From Squalus acanthias (lineage: Eukaryota), in contig CM059438.1 of assembly GCA_030390025.1 (NCBI GenBank), positions 79,546,001-79,610,000 of the forward strand: 64,000 nucleotides of DNA, read 5' to 3'. The translations under genes were made by a program, and so were the position numbers. Each line of letters starts with the position of its first letter. The first letter of the stretch is position 1. A model generated the notes under the pieces. The model saw only the letters and a program-made list of their open reading frames with translations. It did not search any database and was not told the DNA's origin. This document shows, piece by piece, positions 12,861 through 26,290 of the stretch.

Positions 12861-13789
12861 CACATATCCAGCAACTCCTGCTATAAGTACACATATGTCG
12901 TGCCCCCTATGAAGCTGGTTATAGGAACAGGCTTGGATGTGATGACTTTCCTTCCCCCTCCACCCACACCTGTAGCCAAATAGTCTGCTGACAGTCACCA
13001 CTGAGGCTTCCACCTGAATGGTGACTTCAGGTGGGACAAACACTTGCTAATGCCTTCAGGACAGTGGAGAAAACGAGCAAAAATTTATAAAGAAGAAAAT
13101 ACTCACCTACCACCTGTTAGAAGTGCGCCAATGTATTGGTCATCATATCTAAACACAAACATCTCCAGACAAATTCCATCTTGTAATTGGGATGTTTATT
13201 CAGTCACTCCATCCTCACAGGGGACAGGTTGTACTCTGAATTATCACACATGATTGAAAAGTAAAGTCATTCATCAAGACAATAGATCTGAATAAGTTCT
13301 GGATGCCGTGAGTCTCTTATGGAGTCTTCAGCTGGAAGTGGGAGTCGTGTGCTCCAGAAAGTTTACATTTATCAAAGTATTGCCCTAGAAATGTTAAAAA
13401 TGGCACAACCTACTTTATTAATTGAAGGTATGGATGTGATTACTTTGAAATTAATTTAAAACCTTTTAAGTGTCTTAGAGGTTTGGAATGTAACCAGTTT
13501 TTCCTTACTATGAGAAAAAGGAAATTATAAACCATTGCCTTGAGTGAAAGGCTTCATATTATTGGTGCTAAAAGACGGCATTTCTAAACTAGGGTTTTTT
13601 TTACATAAAGTACTGAACAATGTTGTCAGTTGCATTTGTGTGAATTCCAGTCTGTAGGAAACGAACTGATAGACATTACAAATGACTAGCAGTCTGAACC
13701 ACACCAGATCATTTTGGGAAAGGGACTGGTTTGTCAAATTCGTATGGTCTCTCTTTACTGAATTTCCTCCTCAAACTTTTTTTTTGAAG

Positions 13790-13916
13790 ATGTGAACAAG
13801 AAGTCAATGAGTGTGACCCAAACCCCTGCCAGAATGGAGGGACCTGCCAGGACCTGGTCAACAAGTTTGAATGCATTTGTGGAGCCAATTTCGCGGGCGA
13901 ACAGTGCGAGATTGAC
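13790..13916 (+). CDS. CRB2: CRB2 last EGF exon (missed by the ORF track)
   Basis: tttttttttgaag|ATGT ... ATTGAC|gtaagc. Peptide (R)[42 protein letters not shown]. 127 nt, phase 2 in, phase 0 out. Confidence 0.96.
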
Positions 13917-14036
13917 GTAAGCGACCTTTCTTTCTTCTGCTCAATGTTGCTTTGGCAAAATCTTTTTCAGTTCTTGTCCTATCTAATCCTGCACATGGAC
14001 ACCGAGGAGCCTGAAACAGAGTTTGTCTGGCGCTAG
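13917..14036 (+). CDS. CRB2: Alternative C-terminus by read-through of the last EGF exon (CRB1-B-like TM and acidic tail)
   Basis: In frame: [39 protein letters not shown]. Closely matches the human CRB1 alternative tail as recalled (VSSLSFYVSLLFWQNLFQLLSYLILRMNDEPVVEWGEQEDY). Confidence 0.85.
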   Translation, partial: VSDLSFFCSMLLWQNLFQFLSYLILHMDTEEPETEFVWR

Positions 14037-14377
14037 ATTTGCTCAAGTCCTTCCAAATCTGTGTACCAGGGAGGGATGTGTTGTGACAATATGTATGGAA
14101 TACTATACAAGTAAAAAAAAAACATTTTTCAATCCTGTTGGAAGTTTGTAGGCAAATCTTTGGTGGTCCTAATGTTTCACAACTGATGTTGTCCAGCAGT
14201 AGAATGGCTACAATAATTAGTTTGTCCTGTTGAACACATGTTGGAATCGGAGCTGACACCCCAGTCTACTCCCCAAATGTGTGGAGGCCTCCACCATTCT
14301 CAGTCAGGTTACTGTGCAAAGTATTTAATTGAGGCAGAGCACTCTCATTTTATCAGTCTTTTCTCTGCTAAGGTTCT

Positions 14378-14383
14378 AATAAA
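14378..14383 (+). terminator. Candidate intronic poly(A) signal for the read-through isoform
   Basis: AATAAA ~340 nt after the stop at 14036, followed by U/GU-containing sequence. Position is suggestive only. Confidence 0.4.
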
Positions 14384-14529
14384 TTGTGGGTCTCCCCTGC
14401 CAGTATTATCTTACGTTGTATTCCTGCTCCGAGATCCACTGCCAGTTCACAAAGGAATAGGAAAAAATTAAAGTGTAGTCCGACTGCTAGATGGAAAGTA
14501 CAATTTCACTGATGTTAAAGTCACATTAG

Positions 14530-14840
14530 CACATAAAAGTAAAAACATGGAAACAGGCCATTTGGCCCAACCAGTCCAGGTCAGCGTTTACCCTCCACGC
14601 AAGCAAATAGTTCGAATCACATTTACTCACCCTGTTCCCATATCCAGTCAATTCCTTTCCTTCATCCACCGAACCAATCCAATCTTGAATGTTGGCACTT
14701 TCTGCCTCAACCACTAGCCCTGGAACTAAGTTTCACAACCTCACAGCTCTGTGTGAAGAGGCTTCTCCTGTCCTCAGTTCGAAATCTCTTACGTTTAAAA
14801 TCATGCTTAAGTGGCTCCTTAATCTTGACTCCATAACTAC
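14530..14840 (-). mobile_element. Old CR1 LINE 3' fragment
   Basis: caggccatttggccca tail motif. Translated remnants RRSLFTQ and VEAESA. Confidence 0.7.
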
Positions 14841-15429
14841 GGTCTTGATACCCCTGAACTGCACTAGTGCAGGTGCATCTAGTGGAAGCTCCTAGTCTGG
14901 TTTGTGTACTTATGCTGTTGATTGCCAAGTCATCACACTGTGATTTTCAGGTATCTAGGAGTTAACTACAGTCATTAACAATTTACGTACACAAACCATA
15001 CCTTCCCAAGATTGATTTCCACCATGAAAATGGACCATTTTCCTAACAAATGGTCCTGGTAAGCATTTCTCTAATGGTTCCACTTCATTAATCATCTATC
15101 TGTGCACATTGGGGAAAGAAGTATTTTTAAAGCTGCAGTGTCCCATAGTTGGCACAGTCAGAGTTTGAAGGTGCAAGAGATTTATCCAAAACTAGAAGAT
15201 TAAAGTGATGCTACAAGTAGCACTCAGTAAGATTTCAATTGTCAATCTAAAGAATTGATTTTGCCGAAGCAAAATCCCAGCCATTTTTCCCTAAAATAAG
15301 ATGGTTGTAAAAGCAAACTTGCAGTAAATTAGAAACTCAAAACCTGTTGAAGAAAAGAGCCCAAGTACATTGTGCAAAACAAGTTACAGCAACGGCACTG
15401 ATGCTGCAACTATTCTGTCTATTAAAGCT

Positions 15430-16120
15430 TCATAGAAATTTTCAGCACAGGAGGCCATTCGACTCATCGTGTCTGTGCCGGCCGGAAAAGAGCTATCCAG
15501 CTTAATCCCACTTTCCAGTTCTTGGTCCGTAGCCTTGTAGGTTACGGCACTTCAAGTGCATATCCAAGTACTTTTTAAATGCGATGAGGGTTTCTGCCTC
15601 TACCACCCTTTCAGGCAGTGTTTTCCAGACCCCCACCACCCTCTGGATGAAAAAATTTCTCCTCAACTCCACTCCAATCCTTCTACCAATTACTTTAACT
15701 CTATGCCCCATGGTTATTGACCTCTCTGCTAAAGGAAATAGGTCCTTCCTATCCACTCTATCTAGGCCCCTCAAAATTTTATACACCTCAATTCAATCTC
15801 CCCTCAGCCTCCTCTGTTCCAAAGAAAACCCCAGCCTATCCAATCTTTCCTCATAGCTAAAATTTTCCAGTCCTGGCAACATCCTCATAAATCTCCTCTG
15901 TATCCTCTCTCGTGCAATCACATCTTTCCTGTAATGTGGTGACCAGAGCTATACTAGCTGTGGCTTGACTAGTGTTTTATACAGTTCTAGCATAACCTCC
16001 CTGCTCTTATATTCTATGCCTCGGCTAATAAAGGAAAGTATCCCGTATGCCTTCTTAACCACCTTATCTCCCTGTCCTGCTACCTGCAGGGATCTGTGGA
16101 CACGCACTCCAAGGTCCCTC
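15430..16120 (-). mobile_element. CR1 LINE 3' fragment
   Basis: ORF MYKILRGLDRVDRKDLFPLAE...RRNFFIQRVVGVWKTLPERVVEA is a CR1 ORF2 C-terminus. Confidence 0.9.
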
Positions 16121-18890
16121 TGTTTGTACAGGTTCAGGTTGAATCATTGCATATACACTTTGCACCTTTTACTACTTTGACTCTTGCAGCTCCAGGACAG
16201 AACATTGCGTGCCCTATTTTATCTAGTAAAAGACTAGCACTAGGTAGAAGGACTTGAAGCCAAGTCTGTGTTGCAAATATGATTAACATTTACAGCAAAT
16301 GTTTGCTCAAATAAATACCTTTGATTAACCTGCTAGGATTTCATGGGTTGATGATTTTCAACGGAACTTGAATGCAATCATTTCACTTACGAGGCCAAGT
16401 AACAAGAAAACTTCGAAGTTGAAATATTTTGGTTATTAAAATAGAACATTACCTTAATTTTAAAATAAATGGTTTTATAAAACCATGAGGAAAAACTGAC
16501 AATTATGAGCAGTTTTAGCCAAATTTATTGCTATTTTTGACTATGTCATCAACACTCTGGTGTTTCCTTTCAGTTTTATGCGCTGTATAACCACAAACTA
16601 ACCAGCTTGAATAAGAATATGCATGATAAAGAGCTGCATCAATCACTTTTACCTGGTCACATTCAGTTTATATAAAGAATATTTTTGGACTCTGAACATG
16701 GGTTGTAATTAAATGTACATAACAGAGTTTATATAACTACTTTGTAAATAGACTGTATGCTACATTATTTTTTAGATCTGCGGGGATCCATCAGTACTTT
16801 CATTCTAGGGTTTAGTGCCTGTTGGGTTGCTTGTTTAATCACATGGGAATGCTTGAATCTGCTATCATTCGAATGGTTCCTTCTTCCAAAATGCACTGCT
16901 TCTTCTACCCTGTTTTCACTGGATGGACTCATACTGTTGCTAATGTGGTCTTGGAATGGATACCTGCATGTGCTGGGTTCTTTAGGGTGACACTGGATTT
17001 AGTTTATGAAAGAGCATGGGATACCTTGGAGAATGCTAGTGTATGCAATCAAGTGAATATTATGAGAATGCCTTACTTGACATCCAGCATGACTTTCTTT
17101 ATGACCTTGGAATTTCTTATTCCTCATTTGCTAATGCTTCTCCTCAGCTCAGAACTGTTATAATGTACAGCGAAAAAAACATTTATCAGACTTGGGGAAT
17201 GTTCAAAGCATAAAGTGATTTACCTTAAGTATTTGCTTTTGTGTCTTCTTGTCTGTCATCTCTTTTTCTTCCACAAATATGTCATCTGCCTTTTGTTATT
17301 TATTTGGGCGGAGGATGTCTTCCAATCTTCCCTTCCTCTAATGAATTTATTGCCTCCAAAAGGACTAATCCTCTCTCGGTCAGGATGGCTGACAGCAGCT
17401 CATCAAAAGGTAGTTAGTCTAAGAATTTTTTTCTATGCAGTATATCTCACCAGAATGTGCCATTTGACTTATTCCTTCCTTGCTGGCAGGAGTATGGAAC
17501 TCCATGCTCATTGCCTTTTCAGGGAACCAGAGAAGCCCTTTTGGAAAGTTAATAAATGGGAGAGGATTAATCTGCTAGTAATACCTAGCTGTTGTGCATC
17601 TGTTCTCCCTTTAACACATTAACTGTTTCTGTCTTTAACAAACAGAGCTAATTTTTCCTATATGGCTTTTACTAAGGATTTACTCAATGACGACTAAAAT
17701 CATTTTTGTCTACTAACAGTTCCTGAATGACATGTTGTGCACTTCATTGGAATAAACCAATTTGTATGTTTTCTGCTGGCTGTGCTCCTTCATCTTCAAT
17801 GTGCTTTTTCCGTTTTCAGGGTAATGCTCTTTACCAGGATATGTTTTCAGAATGTATAAAGAGTTGGATCTTGCTCATACCAGTGGCACTTTACATAATT
17901 ATCCAACCCAGCAACACACGCACATGGTACTTCCTGCTGGGATGTTTATCTGAATAAGCATTGGTCCAGGTTTACAAACAGATGTGACTGACAGTTATTT
18001 CAGCAAGGATGGCATTAATCTTCTGTCACCGATGGGATTGTGGCATTAATTGGTAATCTCAGAGACACATGGCTGTGTGTTTTATCACGCTGCTTCTGCG
18101 TGTGCAATTAGCATTAAGATTAAGATATAGTGAAGGAGCTTATTATTCATGCAGCTTCATTATGTTAACAGCTTGTTACTCATCAGAAACATTAAAAAGA
18201 TGACACAAAGTATTACAGAAGTTGCAAACATTTGTTGGATGTTTACATTATGACTGTAAGTGCATCAATTAGAACAGTTCATGAATAATAGACTGTAGTT
18301 TGTCTAACTGCCATCTTCTCCTCACCTCAGTCTGGACCGACCAGACTTTAAAAAAAAAATCAGTCAATAAAACCGGACACAGAATGAAATGTAATAATAG
18401 TTCACTGGTGATGAACACTAAATTGAATTTGAAACCAGGAGTGACCTGCCCAATTATGGCTTCTTGATTTATCTGATCTTTTTTCAAACTTGATGCTGTC
18501 CTGCTCTGTGAGCTTTGGCCCTTCACTTAGGTTTCTCAATTAAAAAAAAAGAATTGGCTATTCCTGTTTCTTACCCCACAGAGACTCAAATTTGCCTTAA
18601 TTGTATCTGGTGCGCATAAAGATTTTTTCATTGCCTTGCCGTCACAACTAAAGGCAAAATAACAGGGATGGAGGAAATGAGGTGCATTTAAATTCTGGTG
18701 GCCTTATGGTGTGTACACCATTTTGCAGCAATTATATACATTGATGCTTCTTTCTAGTACAGGGTTAGGTACTTCTTTTCTGATACTGCAGTGTGGTATG
18801 TCAGTGCTGCAGAATGGGACATTCTTTTCAACTCGGTGTCAATAACTAATACTCTCAGGTCATGCACAGCACAAGATATATTTAGGGTAA

Positions 18891-21800
18891 AGATCTATCT
18901 TTGCCCCCTCCCCTTCCTCATCTACATGCTGCCCTTCAGCAACATCAAAGACATAGAAGATAGGAGCAGGAGTAGGCCATTCGGCCCCTCGAGCCTGTTC
19001 CGCCATTTAATGAGATCATGGCTGATCATCCAAATTCAGTACCCTGTCTGTCCCTGCTTTCTCCCCATATCCCTTGATCCCTTTAGCCTTAAGAAATATA
19101 TCTAACTCCTTCTTGAATATATTTAATGAATTGGCCTCAACTGCCTTCTGTAGTAGAGAATTCCACAGGTTCACCACTCTCTGGGTGAAGAAATTCCTCC
19201 TCATCTCAGTCCTAAATGGCTTACCCCTTATCCTTAGACTCTGACCCCTGGTTCTGGACTCACCCGCCATCAGGAACATCCTTCCTGCATCTAGTCTGTC
19301 TAGTCCTGTTAGAATTTTATAAGTTTCAATGAGATCCCCTCTCATTCTTCTAAACTCTAGCGAATATAAGCCTAATCGACCCAATCTCTCTTCATATGTC
19401 ATTCCTGCCATCCCAGGTATCAGTCTGGTGAATCTTCGCTGCACTCCCTCCATGGCAAGAACATCCTTCCTCAGATAAGGCGACCAAAACTGTACACAAT
19501 ACTCAAGGTGTGGTCTCACCAAGGCCCTGTACAACTGCAGCAAGACATCCTTGCTCCTGTACTCGAATCCTCTCGCTATGAAGGCCAACATACCATTTGC
19601 CTTCTTAACCGCCTGCTGCACCTGCATGTTTACCTTCAGCGACTGGTGCACAAGGACACCCAGGTCTCGTTGCACTTCCCCTTTTCCCAATCTATTGCCG
19701 TTCAGATAATAATCTGCCTTCCTGTTTTTGCCACCAAAGTGGATAACCTCGCATTTATCCACATTATACTGCATCTGCCCTGCATCTGCCCAATCACCCA
19801 ACCTGTCCAAATCATACTGGAGTTTCTCTGCATCCTCCTCACACCACACACACCCACCCAGCTTTGTGTCGTCTGCAAACTTGGAGATATTACATCTAGT
19901 TCCCTCGTCTAGATCATTAATATATATTGTGAATAACTGGGGTCCTAGCACCGATCCCTGCGGTACCCCACTAGTCACTGCCTGCCACTCGGAAAAAGAC
20001 CCGTTTATTCCAACTCTTTGCTTCCTGTCTGCCGACCAGTTCTCTATCCAAGTCAGTACCTTACCCCCAATCCCATGTGCTTTAACTTTGCATGCTAATC
20101 TCTTATGCGGGACCTTATCGAAAGCCTTCTGAAAGTCCAAATACACCACATCCACTGGTTCTCCCTTATCTATTCTACCAGTTACATCCTCAAAAAATTC
20201 CAGTAGGTTAGTCAATCATGATTTACCTTCTGTAAATCCATGTTGACTTTGTCCGATCCTGTCACTGTTTTCCAAGTGCTCTGCTATTACATCTTTTATA
20301 ATGGACTCTAGCATTTTCCCCACTACCGATGTCAGGCTATAATTCCCCGTTTTCTCTCTACCACCTTTTTTAAATAGTGGGAACTGTGCCAGAGTGTATA
20401 GAATTTTGGAAGATGACCAGCAATGCATCTACTATTTCTAGGGCCACTTCCTTAAGTACCCTAGGATGTAGATTATCAGGCCCTGGGGATTTATCGGCCT
20501 TCAATCCCTACAAATACTGATTTCATTCAGTTCCTCCCTCTCATTAGACGCTATGTTCCCCGACATCTCTGGGAGGTTATTTGAGTCCTCCTTTGTGAAA
20601 ACAGAACCAAAGTATGTATTTAATTGGTCTGCCATTTCTTTGTTCCCCATTATAATTTCCCCTGATTCTGACCGCAAGGGACCTACGCTTGACTTCACCA
20701 ATCTTTTTCTCTTCACATATCTATAGAAGCTTTTACAGTCAGTTTTTATGTTCCCTGCAAGCTCACTCTCATACTCTATTTTCCTCCTCTTAATTAATCC
20801 CTTTGTCCTCCTTTGCTGAATCCTAAACTGCTCCCAATCCTCAGGTTTGCTGCTTTTTTGGCCAATTTATATGTCCTCTCCTTGGATCTTATGCTATCCC
20901 TAATTTCCCTTGTTAGCCACGGTTGAGTCACCTTTTTTGTTTTATTTTTATGCCAAACAGGGATGAACAAATTCTGTAGTTCATCCATGCGATCTTTAAA
21001 TGTTTGCCATTGCCTATCCACTGTCAACCCTTTAAGTAACGCTCCATCCATCCTAGCCAACTCACGCCTCATACCATCGTAGTTTCCTTTATTTAAATTC
21101 AGGACCCTAGTCTCTGAGTCAACTACTTCACTCTCCATCTTAATGAAGAGTTCTATCATATTATGATCGCTCCTCCCCAAGGGGCCTCGCACAACAAGAT
21201 TGCTAATTAATCCTCTCTCATTACATAATACCCAGTCTAAGATGGCCTGATCTCTAATTGATTCCTCTACATATTGGTCCAGAAAACCATCCCGTATACA
21301 CTCTAGGAATTCCTCCTCCACAGTATTGTTACTAATTTGGTTAGCCCAATCTATATGTAGATTAAAGTCACCCATGATAACTGCTGTGCCCTTATTGCAC
21401 GCGTCTCTAATTTCCTGTTTAATGCCATCCCCAACCTCAGCATTACTGTTTGGGGGTCTGTATACAACTCCCACTAACGTTTTCTGCCCCTTGGTATTTC
21501 TCAGCTCTACCCATACAGATTCCACATCATCAGAGCTAATATCCTTCCTTACTATTGTGTTATGGCATCAGGTTTCACATATACGCTGACAACACCCAGA
21601 TCTACTTCTCCACCATCTCTCTTGACCCCTCCACTGCGGCTGTGTTGTCAGCCTGCATGTCTGCCATTTCATCGGGAAGACCGAAGCCATCGTCTTTGGC
21701 CCCCACTACCAACTCCGACTCCCTCCATACGCACTGTCTCAGGTTGAAGCTGTCTGTCCGCAATTTCCGCATCCTATTTTATCCCGAGCTGAGCTTCTGA

Positions 21801-22479
21801 CCCCACATCTTCTCCATCACAAAGACCATCTACTTCTGCCTTTGTAATATCGTGCGTCTCCATCCCTGCCTCAGCCCGTCTGTTGCCGAAACCCTCATCC
21901 ATGCCGTTGTCACCTCCAGACTGGACTATTCCAATGCTCTCCTGGCCAGCCTCCCATCCTCCATAAACCTCATCTCATCTAAGCTTGGTCTCATCTCATC
22001 CAAAACTCTGTTGCCCATATCCTAACCCGCACTCTCCAGTGCACCCATTAACCCTGTGCTTGCTGACCTATGTTGCCTCCCGGTGGTCCAATACCTCCAA
22101 TTCAAAATTCTCATCCTTATCTTCAAATCCCTTCATGGCCTCACCCCTCCCTATCTTTGTAACCTCCTTCAGCCCTACAACCCTTGGAGAACACGGCGTT
22201 CCTGTAACATTGGCCTCAGCCATCCCCACTTCCTTCGACCCACAATTGGCGGCCGTACCTTCAGCCATTTAGGCCCTAAGCTCTGGAATTCCCTCCCTAA
22301 ATCTCTTTTCCCCTTTAAGACCTTCCTTAAAAAAAAACTACCTCTTTGACCAAGCTTTTAGCTGCCTCCTAATACCTCCTTGGGTGGCTCGGTGTCAATG
22401 TTTGTCGGATTACGGTTGTGAAACATCTTTGGCTGTTTTTCTACATTAAAGGCGTTGTATAAATTCAAGTAGTTGTTGT
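18891..22479 (+). mobile_element. L2-clade LINE 3' portion split by a CR1 insertion (pieces ~18891-18946 and ~21560-22479)
   Basis: RT motif PLPFLIYMLPFSNI continues after the CR1 as YGIRFHIYADNTQIY. Downstream LPV..LQFKILILIFKSLHGLTPPYL...GGRTFS...PKLWNSLP, then a (gtt)n tail. Confidence 0.85.
18947..21557 (-). mobile_element. CR1 LINE, 5'-truncated, with endonuclease and RT fragments (frameshifted ORF2)
   Basis: APE motifs GVVYRPP, MGDFN, LDWVL, SDHN (20794-21525). RT motifs YLDFQKAFDKV, GVPQGSVLGP, FADD in a 399-aa ORF (19016-20215). Confidence 0.97.
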
Positions 22480-24295
22480 AAATTTGCCCCAACAGCGTAT
22501 TTCAACCCCCAGCTTCAGAAGTCATGACTTTGGGATCACTGATTGAGAGGTTAAACAATTGGTATTGCAATTGTTAACCACAAGAAACAGGGTTGAGCCT
22601 AACTGATTTCAATTATGACCCTTAGAGCCAATAGAAAAATGAGATTTAATTTCTTCTTTCTAGGTTTGATTCAACTTAGCCAGCTAAACTCAAACAGGAT
22701 AAACAGACTTAATGTCAAAAGGTTTATTGGAAGATCCCATTTTAAAAAACTTATTTTAATAGAATAGTATATTTAAATTTCCAACCCAATTTTAGATCAT
22801 CAATCCTGCTACACTAAGCTGTCATTCCCTATCTTCCACGACAGGAATGCAAGAGCTTTAAAACCATGTAAAGCACATGGATCTGACTCAGGCTGCTAGA
22901 AACAGTCAGGTCCTTCACGAGCTTGTGTCCTGTTTGATATACCCTGCCCGTGATTTGTTCTACACCACAACAGGGTTATAAAGGATAAAGACATTGATAG
23001 CTTTAGTACCTTCTCTTCCAGTCCACAGAGGATATTGGTCCTTGGGTGGAGGTGGGGTGGAGTTAAACAAACCTGGAAAGATGTGTAGTAAGAAATGCAT
23101 TCAGCCTCTGTTTTCAGGGCCAAGTTTGCATGGATCAGCTACTCTGGTACTAATAGTTAATAATGCACTTACAAAACTCCTGATACTAAATTATCAAAGT
23201 TAATTATTTTTCCACATTAATTAACTTTGTGGCAAACAATAATTTAACTCCTGCACATGTATGTGAAAATCAACATGGGACTTTAGGGTGAAAAGAAGAT
23301 AGCAACACAGATTTTACCAATAATGTAACTTGGTTTTCAACCAGTCCATATTATGAACCAATTACTGCTGATTGACCCAATTACTCCCATTTGCCAACAT
23401 TGTAAAGATGTTACTATTTCAGGATCAGCATTAAATAGAATACATCTGCAAACCAAATATCAAAGGCTGCTTTAAGAAATGTGTTAACAAAATGCAGTAC
23501 GTGTTGGTTTGGAGAAATTATTACTGCGTTGAAAATTTTAGTTGCAATGAAGGGGTGCTGGTTTGGTTAATTGATTTTGCCTCCTTATCAAGTACTTATT
23601 CCTCTGGGGTTGACCATTATCTCCAATTTGTCTCAGCAGGAAAATGCTCTCACCTTGTTTGCAATGCACACCTTGCTGAAGCTTTTACTGTATTAAGTAA
23701 TTAAATAGTAACTTTCCCATTAGCAAAGCATTTATGATTTGTGCATAAATGCGGTTCACAGTACTGTGTATTTGAATGTGTAATGTAGCCATATGGCTGG
23801 ATTTAGTCTTCTACAGACAATCTGCAGGGCTTCAGTAGTCCCGTTGTGGGGCCCACAAGGAGATAATCAAGCCCTGCTTCCAATCATTCATCAAATGGGA
23901 CTTCATCTACAGCAAGCTGGAAACTTGTGACCTCAAAAATCCACAAAACAGTAAGTATCCTATCCAAAGTTCTACTTCTTGAATATTTTTAGAATGATTA
24001 AATTATTTCCTAGACAGGCTCCTGAGGTGACACAAAGCCGTACTGGCATCTCTCATGCCCACTCACTATCCAATGATATTAGGGTTAAAATTCCTCTGTA
24101 CACTGGTTAGCTGTATTCCTGTGTGCAATAATTTAACAAAGTCAGTTTATTTGTAGTAAACTGTATAATTTGTAAGAGTCCCATTGGAGATGTCTGTTTT
24201 CGAGGCTGAGAGCTGTAGCTTATCAAGTCATTCTTCATAGCTCCTCTCTATAATACCAGGTATCAACCTCATTACAATTCTCTGCACCATCTCTA

Positions 24296-24875
24296 GGGCT
24301 TGCTTAGCCCCCTTATGACAAGTGCTAAGTGGATGATGCTTCTCGGCCTCCTCCTGAGGTGCTCACCATCACAGATGCCAGTCTTCAACCGAACTGATCT
24401 CATTCTACGTGACATCAAGAAACAGCTGAGTGCACTGGACACATCCAAGGCTACGGACCCCAACAACATCCTGGCTGTAGTGCTGAAGACCTGTGCTCCA
24501 GAACTAGCCATGCCCTTAGTCAAGCTGTTCCAGTACAGCTGCTCCAGTACAGCTGCAACACTGGCATCTATCTGAAAATGTGGCAAATTGCCCAGTTATG
24601 TCCTGTCCACAAAATGGACAAATCCAACCCTATCAATTACCGCACTATCAGCCTACTCCCAATTGTCAACAGTGTTATCAAGCAGCACTTACTCACCAAT
24701 GCTCAGTTTGGGTTCTGCTCGGACCACTCGGCTCCAGCCCCAGTTATTACAGCTTTGGCCCAAACATGGACATGAACTGAGTTCCAGAGGTGAGGGGAGA
24801 TTGACTGCCCTTGACCGTGTGCGCCACCAAGGAGCCTTAGTAAAACTGAAATCAATGGGGGTCGGGGGAAAACTT
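24296..24875 (+). mobile_element. Degenerate LINE RT fragment, probably the same family as 46481-49059
   Basis: LDTSKATDPNNILAVVLKTCAPELA, PVHK..KSNPINYRTISLL and QFGF are N-terminal RT motifs, with frameshifts. Confidence 0.8.
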
Positions 24876-26099
24876 CTTCACAAAACTGAACTTTGGTCCA
24901 GGACATTAACTAACTAGAAAAATAATGTTAATGATTTTAGTTCTTGCTTTTAAATGCCCATAGCAAACTGCAGCTAGTAACAATTCCACAGAGAGAGAAA
25001 AGAGGGAGATGTCATTCAGGTTCATATTGTCAAAATCTGTGGAATAGCTCCAGTAAATTATAACCTTATTTGGTTGTGTTTCAAATAGTTATTCATTTTT
25101 AGCATATTTAATAACTTAACTTAAGAAGAGAGACACTTTTGCTGCTTACAAAGAACAGTTCCAGTCTTTGTCAAACATGCACAAGTTGCAGGCTCTTAAA
25201 GAGCTTTTCAGCTCCACTGGCCAGATCCATCAAGAATGTGGTCTGTTGCGAGCGGCAGGTTGGAAGATTAAAGGTTAAAAGTAACTGAAAAAAGCAATAA
25301 TATCTCTGCATGACATCAGGGGTTAATGCTCTTTGACAGATGCATTGTTGAAACTTGAATAGGCAGAGAAAGTAACCCAAGGGCTCAGCAGGCAGGACAA
25401 TAATAGATTCCCTGCTTTAACTTAAATAGTTTCTAACCTGGTCTGAAACTAAGCAATAAAAAGGCAAATGTTGCAGAAAGTTACATTAAATTGCAAGCTG
25501 GAACACTCTGTTGCAGTTAAAATACAAAAATGGGGTTTCCAGTTCAAGGGTAGTTCGTTACTCTTAGACCTTTTGAAGCATTAAATGTTATCAAAATAAT
25601 TTTCTTTACAGATAAATCTGTGCACAAAGGCAATAACAGGAAACAATAGACACACAAAACCAGTAGATTTCACCTTTAATGGTGAGAGTACTCGGTGTAT
25701 TGCAGGGTATAGCACTAATTTCTGTGCACTGTACTTCTGAGAGATTGATAATGAGGTATTGGCCTGGCAAATTGAGTGACTGATCCCCTTAAAACTGCTT
25801 AATCAAGTGCAGCATTATAAGAGGCACAAGAAAAGCTAAATATAATGACCAGTAAAAAAAACACGTTATTAAATGCATTGAAATCACCATGAAGAGAAGT
25901 GATACAAGAACTGCTCCTACGTGAGTTTATGTATGCTGTTCTCTGTGGTACTTTATTATTCACATTAAAAAAAACTGTAGTATCTTTTTCTGAAAGTGTG
26001 GGTTTTGTTCGTTGCTATGTTGATTGAAATGGGTGAAAATCAACTTAAAGGATTACAAATTTACTACTGCCAGGAGTGCCATAATTATTAAAGACTATG

Positions 26100-26290
26100 T
26101 ACCCCTTACCCAAAAGGCTGTGGATACTGGTTCAATTGACATTTTCAAGATTGAGATCGATAGATTTATGTTAGTTAAGGGTATCAAAGGATATGGAGCA
26201 AAGGTGGATAAATGGAGTTAAGGTACAGATCAGCCATGATCTAACAGAATGGCAGAAGACTCAAGGGGCTGAATGGCCTATTCCTATTGC
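26100..26290 (+). mobile_element. CR1 3' tail fragment
   Basis: IFKIEIDRF...KGIKGYG remnant and aggggctgaatggcctattcct tail. Confidence 0.8.

Noticed and set aside
19508-20132. Plus-strand ORFs overlapping the CR1 RT (and similar antisense ORFs in other LINEs)
   Set aside because: Antisense shadows of LINE ORF2.
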